From an uncultured delta proteobacterium (GTDB taxonomy: Bacteria; Desulfobacterota; Binatia; Bin18), in the NCBI GenBank assembly GCA_963733195.1, contig CAVTCR010000059.1:64001-128000 (forward strand): a DNA stretch of 64,000 nucleotides, given 5' to 3'. A model generated the notes under the pieces. The model saw only the letters and a list, made by a program, of their open reading frames with translations, was not told where the DNA came from and made no database searches. Below are positions 56,189-64,000 of this stretch, piece by piece. Made by a program: the position numbers and the translations under genes. Every line of letters starts with the position of its first letter. The stretch's first letter is position 1.

Positions 56189-57082
56189 CTAGGACGATGC
56201 AGATTTTTTCAGCGTTCCCTCACGGGCAAGCACATCGAGCACCTCGCGCATGGTCCAGCCATGTTCTCCACGTTCGGGAAAGCGTTCCGCCAAGCGCAGG
56301 CGACCAACGGCAGCGAGGGTGTCCTGGGTCCCGCGCGCCATGACTGATGAGAACCCAAAATGCTCAAGCGTCTCCGCAAGTTCTGCCATCTCATCTGCTC
56401 GTCGAGCAGCATGCATAGGATATGTGGGAACTAACCATTCCAACGCTTCCATCACGCCAGGTAACAGCGCCTTATAGCGGTGGAGAAGTTCATCGAGAAA
56501 ACCAAACTCGGCCCCAGCCGCAGTTAATTCATAGAGTAACGCGGCTAGCCCTTTGTTGAGCCCGGAAAACGCCATCTTAAACGCTGACGCCTGACCGATA
56601 CGATCACCAAGGACATGGGTGCGGAGTGATTTCCCAAGCTGCACCTCAAATGCCGTTGCCTCTAGACCACTGACATAGAACGTGCAGCGTCCACGGACAT
56701 TACTGGCAGGGCCAATAATGCACGCATCAAGATACGGCGCGCCACTCGTGGAGATAATCTCGCCAACCTCTCGAGCTGTCATCGGCGAAATCGCGTTTGC
56801 ATCAACGAACAATGGGCGGCGCTTGGTTTTGTGTACCGCAGCCGCAAAGTCAGCGGCGACCGCCTTGGCCGCAGTGGGAGGAATGACGGAGAAGACAACA
56901 TCGGCGCGTTCAACTACGGCTTCCATCGACGACAGTACAGTAATTGCTGTACCGGCAGTTAAACGCCGCGTCCGTTCACTCCGCCCAACTAGCGTGGTAA
57001 TGACAGAAAGACCGTCCTCCAATAACACTCGGCCCACATTGTGGCCCATATCTCCTGGGTACAGAATCGCAACAGTGTGCAT
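56189..57082 (-). CDS. NAD(P)-dependent oxidoreductase (6PGD-like, DUF1932)
   Basis: ILYPGDMG, VDANAISP, ASAFKM, HAARRADEM. Confidence 0.88.
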   Translation of the reverse strand: MHTVAILYPGDMGHNVGRVLLEDGLSVITTLVGRSERTRRLTAGTAITVLSSMEAVVERADVVFSVIPPTAAKAVAADFAAAVHKTKRRPLFVDANAISPMTAREVGEIISTSGAPYLDACIIGPASNVRGRCTFYVSGLEATAFEVQLGKSLRTHVLGDRIGQASAFKMAFSGLNKGLAALLYELTAAGAEFGFLDELLHRYKALLPGVMEALEWLVPTYPMHAARRADEMAELAETLEHFGFSSVMARGTQDTLAAVGRLRLAERFPERGEHGWTMREVLDVLAREGTLKKSASS

Positions 57083-57199
57083 ATAATACTCGCTTCGACG
57101 AAGGTGCGCGGATTGTTTCCCTCTGTGGACCTTGTTGTCAAGAACGCGAATCGCTCCCCCTAATCCCCAACGCCTCTTCGTAGTGTATGATGTGTTCCC

Positions 57200-57799
57200 A
57201 TGACTGACGTAGTAAAGTCTTCAGCTCGCTGGCGGCGCGTTGCCCTTGGCCTCGTGATTCTTACGCTTGTGTTCGGTGGAAGCTTCTTCCTCTGGCGATC
57301 GAGTCCTGGGTATTCTGTATATCGCATCAAACAAGCATTAGAAGCGCACGACTATGAATTGTTCTCGCGCTACGTCGATGTAGACCAGGTGGTGGATCAT
57401 ACCCTCGACGAGCTTGGGAACAGTCAAGCAGATGACGGGAGCGACGCTTCTCTGGATGGTCTCCTTGGGAAACTTATGCGTAAAGGGATATTCAAATTAC
57501 TTTCCGGAGAAGCCCGAGAAGTGACCAAAGCAGGCATGTCGTTGTTCGTTGAGCAAGCAGTGAAAGACCGTGACCGTCTACCTCCGCAAATTCCCGTTGT
57601 TGCACCAATCGCGGCATGGTGGCTAACCCAGCGAGACGGTGACACTGCTCATTTGACATTCGAGACAAAGAAGAACAAGCCTATCGACGTGACGATGCAA
57701 CGAACGCCTGAAGGCGTATGGCGCGTGGTAGCGGTCTCAAATCTTCAGATGTTCCTACCAAAACTGAAGAAGCACTTCGAGAGTCTCTCTGACAATTAA
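57200..57799 (+). CDS. DUF2939-like membrane-anchored protein
   Basis: TM then SPGYSVY..ALEAHD..FSRYVD; C-terminal WRVV. Confidence 0.7.
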   Translation: MTDVVKSSARWRRVALGLVILTLVFGGSFFLWRSSPGYSVYRIKQALEAHDYELFSRYVDVDQVVDHTLDELGNSQADDGSDASLDGLLGKLMRKGIFKLLSGEAREVTKAGMSLFVEQAVKDRDRLPPQIPVVAPIAAWWLTQRDGDTAHLTFETKKNKPIDVTMQRTPEGVWRVVAVSNLQMFLPKLKKHFESLSDN

Positions 57800-57818
57800 C
57801 CGAACTCTGAGTGAGGAA

Positions 57819-58625
57819 ATGTCATACCAGACTCCCGGCACAATCGTGATTATCAAAGGCGGTGGTGATGTGGGCTCTGCGGTTGCCCATCTGCTGTTTT
57901 GCAACGGGTATGTTGTGGTGATCGTCGAGAGTGCTACGCCGTCAACCACACGTCGGCGCATGGCCTTCGCGACTGCGATCTTTGAAGGCGAGGCGGAGTT
58001 AGAAGGCGTACGAGCAGAACGAGTTGAGTCGCTCGCAGCCCTCAGAGCGTTACTCACCTGGAAGAAAGTTGTTCCTGTTTTTGTAGGAAAACTAGCGGAC
58101 GTTCTATACGAACTCTCCCCGCCTATTGTGATTGATGCCCGCATGCGCAAGCGTGAGATTGCGGAAGTGCAGATGGCTCAAGCACCGCTGGTCATCGGCC
58201 TAGGGCCAGGCTTCACGGCTGGTAAGAATGTCCATGTGGTAATCGAAACTAATCGTGGTCCTAATCTTGGACAGATCATTACTGAGGGAAGTGCAGAACC
58301 ATATACTGGTGAACCGATCTCGATTGCCGGATACAAACGGGAACGTTACGCCTACGCTCCTGCGGCAGGCATCTTCCACACTCGTCTTGAGATTGGTGCT
58401 GCTGTGCACGCTGGAGATCTCCTTGGCCAGATCGAAGAGCACAAGCTGTACGCGCAAGTTGCTGGCGTTATTCGCGGCATTACCAAAGATGGAATCGTGG
58501 TGAAACAAGGCACGAAAGTCGCAGAAGTCGACCCACATGGACAAGAGGCACTTGTTACTGGCATTGCCGAACGACCACGCAAAATTGCTGAGGGAGTCCT
58601 GGAAGCGATCCGTCAGTTTCATTGA
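57819..58625 (+). CDS. yqeB: Selenium-dependent molybdenum hydroxylase system protein, YqeB family
   Basis: IKGGGDVGSAVA, RRRMAF, DARMRKR, IGLGPGFTAG, IETNRG, C-terminal lipoyl-like GVIRG. Confidence 0.88.
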   Translation: MSYQTPGTIVIIKGGGDVGSAVAHLLFCNGYVVVIVESATPSTTRRRMAFATAIFEGEAELEGVRAERVESLAALRALLTWKKVVPVFVGKLADVLYELSPPIVIDARMRKREIAEVQMAQAPLVIGLGPGFTAGKNVHVVIETNRGPNLGQIITEGSAEPYTGEPISIAGYKRERYAYAPAAGIFHTRLEIGAAVHAGDLLGQIEEHKLYAQVAGVIRGITKDGIVVKQGTKVAEVDPHGQEALVTGIAERPRKIAEGVLEAIRQFH

Positions 58626-58686
58626 CAAGGCGCGAACTCTCCACGGCATAATCGCCCGCCGATCTTGCAATATGAAGGAGATTCCG

Positions 58687-59709
58687 ATGGCTCAGGGCAA
58701 TCCCAAATTACGCTTTGGTTTGTGGTACGCGTTTCGTAACCCTCTGCAGTGGCGGCGATCGTATCAAGACATTTATGCCGATATTCTCGAACAAATTGTG
58801 TGGGCTGAAGGAATTGGCTATGATGATGTGTGGCTCACTGAGCATCATTTCGCAGACGACGGGCATGCACCGTCCCCGCTCCCTCAAGCTGCGGCTATTG
58901 CAGTGAAAACCAAGACAATGCGTATTGGTACTGGCGTGCTGTTATTGCCATTGTACAACCCCGTGCGCGTCGCTGAGGACTGTGCGACCATCGATATTCT
59001 CTCAGGTGGCCGTTTTGAACTTGGCGTTGGAGTTGGCTATCGCGTCGAAGAGTTTACCGGGCTTGGTATTCTGCGTGAGCAACGTGGAGGTCGTGCGAAT
59101 GAAGGGTTAGAGATTATTCGCCGGCTATGGGAAGGTGAAACTGTTACTTTCAAAGGCAAATATTTCCAGATTGAGAATACGAAGCTCACTCCTGAGCCAG
59201 TACAAAAGCCGCGTCCACCGTTGTGGGTTGGTGGTTTTGCCGGAGCAGCGGTGAAACGTGCCGCGCGTTACGGTGATGGGTACATTGGTACTGGGGCAAT
59301 GAAAGAACAATATGAAGCCTACCTGTCCGAGTTGCGTGCACTTGGCAAAGACACGTCGAATCCCAAGCTGGCAGGTGGACACTTCTGGTTGATCGTCGCC
59401 AACGATCCAGAAAAAAGCTGGCACGAGATTGCTCCTCACGTGCGTTACCAGATCAATGTCTACAACGAATGGCTAACCAAGGCTGGACAATCGTTGTTTC
59501 CGCAGATGCCTGACGATGCCGCACTAAAAGCAAGTGGTATTCTAAATATCGTCACGCCAGAGACGGCAGTGCAGATGATCAAAGACTACGTCGCAGAAGT
59601 GCCGATTCAACGTTACTATACCTGGACACTCCCACCGGGTTATCCAGCCAAGAAGATGAATGAGCACCTGGAGTTATTTGCAACTAAAGTCATGCCGCAT
59701 TTTCGCTAA
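58687..59709 (+). CDS. LLM class flavin-dependent oxidoreductase
   Basis: WLTEHHF, PVRVAED.ATIDILSGGRFELGVG, PVQKPRPPLWVGG. Confidence 0.93.
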   Translation: MAQGNPKLRFGLWYAFRNPLQWRRSYQDIYADILEQIVWAEGIGYDDVWLTEHHFADDGHAPSPLPQAAAIAVKTKTMRIGTGVLLLPLYNPVRVAEDCATIDILSGGRFELGVGVGYRVEEFTGLGILREQRGGRANEGLEIIRRLWEGETVTFKGKYFQIENTKLTPEPVQKPRPPLWVGGFAGAAVKRAARYGDGYIGTGAMKEQYEAYLSELRALGKDTSNPKLAGGHFWLIVANDPEKSWHEIAPHVRYQINVYNEWLTKAGQSLFPQMPDDAALKASGILNIVTPETAVQMIKDYVAEVPIQRYYTWTLPPGYPAKKMNEHLELFATKVMPHFR

Positions 59710-59757
59710 ATCGAACCTCAGAACCTTCGTCCACTTTACGCGACAACCTATCGGGCA

Positions 59758-59818
59758 TGTCATTCTGAGCGAAGCGAAGAATCTCTCTGAGAGACCCTTC
59801 GTTTCACTCAGGGTGACA
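59758..59818. repeat. Empty TGTCA...TGACA palindromic element (61 bp)
   Basis: tgtcattctgagcgaagcgaagaatctc-tctga-gagacccttcgtttcactcagggtgaca. Confidence 0.85.
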
Positions 59819-59901
59819 AATCTGGAATGCTAATCTTTAGTAGGTCACTTATCTTGTGTCTCAGTTGACTGTACATTAAACTGCCCATCATAGGAGATTG
59901 T

Positions 59902-60205
59902 ATGGATAGCTATGTAACTGCGACGGAGGCACGGCAGCGTTTTTTACAACTACTCGATGAAGTGCAATCGGGAGATCAAGTTATTGTTACAAAAAGAGGG
60001 AGCCCCGGCTGCGGTGCTGATCGACTTTGAGAAACTCGAAACTCTCAAGAGCTTAGCTCGGTTGTGGCAAGACCCAGAGTCGTTGCGAGCAATGAAAGAA
60101 TCTCTCGACGACGCAAAAAAGGGACGGATGCTGAAGATGAAGGGTACTCCCACAGTAGATGCGATTCTGAAAGAGGCACGAACGAAGGGGTTCCTCCGTG
60201 GATGA
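59902..60205 (+). CDS. Phd/YefM antitoxin; frameshifted
   Basis: MDSYVTATEARQRFLQLLDEV..GDQVIVTK..PAAVLI. Confidence 0.85.
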
Positions 60206-60456
60206 GTTTTCGTTCTCGCCGCGCTTCTTACAAGAACTGGCAGAATGGGAACAAACCGCTTCACCGAAAGATAGGGCGCAACTCGATCATATCCTTGCTG
60301 CTATTGTACAGAATCCGACATTAGCTGGACGTGCGCCCAGCTTTTACGATCCGCTTCATTCCAAGTTATCTTTATCGTTTAGGGTCTGTGCTTATCCATT
60401 TCCGCGTAACTAACGATCAAGTTGAATTTCTCAATTTATTCTTTCGGAGATCGTAA
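60198..60456 (+). CDS. Putative RelE/ParE-like toxin; frameshifted
   Basis: Overlaps the antitoxin stop; FSPRFLQEL...ILAAIVQNP..G; ~85 aa. Confidence 0.6.
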
Positions 60457-60587
60457 AGACATCAATTCGTTCGCCTTTTTTTGTAGGGGCGAAGACAACT
60501 GCAAACCGCTCTAAAGCTTCTCTTTTGTCTGCCGATAATCAGACCGGGTCACTTTTGGGGGCACAGTAGAAATGAAGAGGAGCTTGT

Positions 60588-61004
60588 ATGTTCGATCTTG
60601 GGCTGACGCACGTTGCTTTACCGGTCCGTGACGTTGATACCAGCATCGCCTTTTATGCGCAGTACGCGCGTATGCAGGTTATCCATCGTCGCACGGATCA
60701 GGTGTCTGGCTCAGACGTAGCCTGGATTAGTGATCGCACACGGCCTTTCGCAATTGTGCTTGTGCGAACCCGCAAGGTCGACAGTCCGCTCTTACCGCTT
60801 GCTCATCTTGGCGTGGCGTGCGCCAGCCGAGATGATGTTGATAGTTTATGCGGGCAAGCTCGTTCAGAAGGACATTTGCGGCTAGAACCACGCGAGGCTG
60901 GGTATCCCGTTGGATATTCGGCGTTACTCGCTGACCCCGACGGACATACCCTTGAGCTGTCTTATGGACAGGAAGTTGCGCTCGCAGTTGCTGACGCAGC
61001 GTAA
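60588..61004 (+). CDS. VOC/glyoxalase family protein
   Basis: LTHVALPV, HLGVAC, DPDGHTLE. Confidence 0.92.
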   Translation: MFDLGLTHVALPVRDVDTSIAFYAQYARMQVIHRRTDQVSGSDVAWISDRTRPFAIVLVRTRKVDSPLLPLAHLGVACASRDDVDSLCGQARSEGHLRLEPREAGYPVGYSALLADPDGHTLELSYGQEVALAVADAA

Positions 61005-61106
61005 ATCGTAAAGATGTGACGCATGAAGATTATTTCGATGACGGCACATGTCGAGAAGACAAGGGATTTAACGCGCTAAAGATTCTGATCTTGCGTTGGC
61101 GGTACC

Positions 61107-61529
61107 TTAGTTTGTCGGTGGATGCCATCCAGCGAACACCCATCGCCGTCGAGCGCAGGTGATACTTTCGTTGTTGAGTTTGAGAGCGATAACAGTTGCA
61201 CGACCACAGGGTGTGAGGCCGAGAATCTCCACGCCATCCTCGCTCCAGCGAAAATGTTCGTTCCAGACTTGTAGACGTGGGTTGAATAAGGGGACGACTT
61301 CTCCTGTCTCAGAGGCAGGTACGTGTGTTTGGACACCTTATAGCGTTACAGAGGGGACACGCGAGCCAAAGATTTTCCTCATCGGATTGGCCACCAGCGG
61401 CAAGAGGAGTGAGATGCTCGATGTGCATAGGCATGCGTAATGAGTTGAGACGTGTGGCAGTAGCGCAACGATGCTGAGAGTCAGCGTCACTTTTTCGCGT
61501 ACGCTATCGGGGATGTACGGACGCGTCAC
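61107..61529 (-). CDS. HNH endonuclease; frameshifted
   Basis: Reassembled: MHIEHLTPLAAGG..DEENLWLACPLCN, LFNPR..W.EHF.W, GRATV..LKLN, GWHPP. Confidence 0.85.
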
Positions 61530-61948
61530 GAGAAACTACTCTTGCGTTGTTGGATAGGCACCTGGTAGCCACGTCGGGCGAGAAGCAACGAGGCATGCGA
61601 CTGACGGACAAGCAGACGGCCATATGCGTTCATAAGGTCTTGGAGACGGGCGGCGTTGTCAGGCGTTAGCTGCGCTAGCATTCTGGCGATCAAGAAGGGT
61701 ACATAATTCTTCTTGCTGAGGTTCAGGCAGCGTGATTTTGCTCGCTTGCCACAGGGCAGCGTCATCCAGGGTAGACATCTGGGCAAGGACATCGGCTTCA
61801 TAGGACGGCACGTAGTCAAGTGGTGGGAGGGTGTGTACCAAACTTTCTTGGAGGATTTCGGCCAGCGGTCGCTTGGTACCTGTGCCAACTTGTTCACGGT
61901 GCGATAAAGGTTGTCAGGGAGTTCAAGGGTAATCACTTGGGATGCCAT
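61526..61948 (-). CDS. Putative antitoxin/partner of the HNH nuclease; frameshifted
   Basis: ITLELPDNLY, LDDAALW, LLDRQN, LLARRGY; coupled to the HNH start. Confidence 0.7.
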   Translation of the reverse strand: MASQVITLELPDNLYRTVNKLAQVPSDRWPKSSKKVWYTPSHHLTTCRPMKPMSLPRCLPWMTLPCGKRAKSRCLNLSKKNYVPFLIARMLAQLTPDNAARLQDLMNAYGRLLVRQSHASLLLARRGYQVPIQQRKSSFS

Positions 61949-62046
61949 CTTCGTACTCGATAGGCTCACGAATTGTTTATCCTATTGGTGAAGTATAGCA
62001 CCTGAAACGTATTGCACAGTGACAGTGCCCGGACTCACCTTACCGA

Positions 62047-62158
62047 TAGAACCTCGAGAAGCTGGGTATCCCGTCGGGTATTCAGCACTGCTGGCCGACC
62101 GACGGGTACACTCTTGAGCTGTCGTACGGACAGGAAGTTGCGCTCGCAGTAGCGGATG
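62047..62158 (+). pseudogene. Displaced 3' end of the VOC gene (diverged direct repeat of 60883-60996)
   Basis: Encodes EPREAGYPVGYSALLAD..G.TLELSYGQEVALAVAD, with mostly synonymous differences. Confidence 0.9.
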
Positions 62159-62173
62159 TTCAAGAAGAGGCAC

Positions 62174-63911
62174 TTAGCGCCGTCGGGCGATACGACTATC
62201 ATCGCCTTTTTCTAGTGTCATTTCTCTGGGTGGCAGTGGGAGACTTACCGTGGATCGTATCGATTCTCGTAAAACGCACGACCGCTTGGTTGCCTTCGTT
62301 CCGTACAGTGACGTCTTTGAACGATACTCTGTAGCTTTTGTAACCATCCAAGATACCCTTGAGCCTCGCGGCATCCTGCGCGAGACCTCACCAAGCTGTT
62401 AAGAGCACGTCAACATTTTATTTTCCCATGCCTGGAGATAGGTCGTTTAGAGCCAGTTCATCGCCTCTTGTTGGCTTAGGGTTGTTAGCGACGCTACTCT
62501 CGGTGGTAGTTCTGCTTTCGGTCGTTCGGCTTCAACTTGCTCGACTTTGGCTTGTTCTATTTTAGCCTGCTCGGCTTTCAATCGTTCAGCTTCAGCCTTA
62601 AGTTGCTCGGCTTTGAGTCGTTCGGCCTTGGCTTGCTCTACTTTTAGCGTTCGACCTCGGCTTGCTGTACCTTCGCAGGTTGCTCTGCTTGAGACTGTTC
62701 GGCCTTCGGCGGCGGCTCTATATTCGAAACCTGTTTTGGTGCAGACGACCGAAATATATCATGCAACGTAAAGTGCAACGAGTAGAGAGTACTAAAAGTA
62801 ACACAAGGCTAACGACTGTAGAGAAAGACAAAGAGAACATTTTCCGAGCGAAGTCGAGGGAAAAATGGAAAGATCGAGATTTTGCTTTGCCTCATTGTGA
62901 CTAGTCTGAGGAGCCGAAAACAGTTGTAGCGAGCTTTCCTGTTTCGCTCTTTTTCAGATCGACGATTCTCCTCCTGATTTAGTAACACTGTTGTCTCTAC
63001 CTGTTCGTTTTCCAAAGGCGTAGCGAACAGTGGTTGAAGAACCCCTAATTGGTTACCTTCAGTCTTAATTGCATTCTCTAACGTTTGACGTACCTGGAGT
63101 GCATCAACGGGGCGATCCTGCGGAGCTTTCGCTAGGAGGCGCTCCACGAGCGCACGCAGGTTCATGGGTACTATTCGGGTAACGGCGATGGAGGCACAGA
63201 CAAATGCTGGTGCATCAGCGCCTCGGCGGTACTGGCGGCGAACGGTGGCCGACCAGTGAGCATCTCATACATAATGATGCCCAACGCATAGAGGTCGTAC
63301 GTCATTCTCTGCCCTCGCCATTGTTCCGGCGCCATATAGGATGGAGTACCAGGAGATGACTGTCCTACCTGCGTCAATCCAACGGTGTGTTCACTAAGGA
63401 TTTGGCGATACCAAAGTCGACAATCTTGACCCAGTCTTGTCCATGTTGCTGCTCGACGAAGATGTTGGGTGGCTTGAGGTCACGGTGAACGACTGGGTCT
63501 GGAAGACTATGCGCCTCCATGAATGCCTTGCAAAGTTGGCTGGCAATACGAATGACACGCTCGACCGGCAGGGGGCCGTGTTGGCGAAGCACCTGACGGA
63601 GCGTGGGGCCAATAATGTACTCCATGACGAAGTAGAGCTGACCGTCTTCTCCTTGGCCGGAATCGTGCACCATCACAGTGTGTGGGTTGCGGAGTTGGGT
63701 AGCAACGCGGACTTCGACGGAGAAAACGCTGGGCAAAAGCTGGATCGCTTGATAACTCGCGCCGCATGGTTTTGAGGGCGACCTGTGGCAGTGTTCGGCC
63801 TTCAACATCAAGTTGCTAGGCGAGCGATACAGTGCCCATCGCCCCTTCGCCGAGCTTGGCCAGAAGACGATACTTGCCATTGACGACCTTGCGTTGAACT
63901 TGGTCTGCCAT
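62174..63911 (-). CDS. Hanks-type Ser/Thr protein kinase with coiled-coil C-terminal region; heavily frameshifted
   Basis: [37 protein letters not shown]; KAEQ/KAER repeats; end uncertain. Confidence 0.85.
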
Positions 63912-64000
63912 TGCTATTGTCTTCTACGATTCTTTCATCCCTGTGGTTTGTCTCCGTGCGGAGATTTTGGCCTTTGTATAGGGCTGTCATAGGAATTTGC

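Noticed and set aside
58622-58652. TTGACA...CATAAT promoter before the LLM gene
   Set aside because: Spacer is 19 bp, outside the usual range; not confident
60883-62158. VOC direct repeat as a DGR template/variable repeat pair
   Set aside because: Differences are not adenine-specific (gtt/gtc, ctc/ctg, gct/gcc), are mostly synonymous, and no reverse transcriptase is present
62520-62650. Tandem repeats in the kinase C-terminus
   Set aside because: Ordinary coiled-coil KAEQ/KAER coding repeats

Overview
This is a bacterial chromosomal window of about 55% GC. Gene content and protein families suggest a Deltaproteobacteria-like or Binatia-like organism, which is an inference. Many 1-bp frameshifts look like long-read or consensus errors. 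Housekeeping and metabolic genes include tcuAB, tamAB, dapL, lhgO, folK, a transaldolase, GTP-PEPCK, PduO, YqeB, LLM monooxygenases and MATE/MFS transporters. Interleaved with them is an unusually rich accessory layer with four parts. (1) Three paralogous class III cyclase-STAND NTPase-TPR genes, plus two orphan copies of their conserved C-terminal tail. (2) Four toxin-antitoxin pairs, an HNH pair and a Uma2 gene; several sit directly behind such tails or between diverged direct repeats. (3) A VOC gene whose 3' end is repeated as a synonymously diverged relic on the far side of the HNH cassette. (4) Several families of short REP-like palindromes and heptamer arrays that nest inside one another and insert in frame into the same loops of the cyclase paralogs. 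No integrase, transposase, reverse transcriptase, CRISPR array, tRNA or rRNA was recognised. The best candidate for an undescribed system is enzyme-free cassette exchange anchored on conserved gene 3' ends, together with palindrome-driven loop diversification of NLR-like cyclases.
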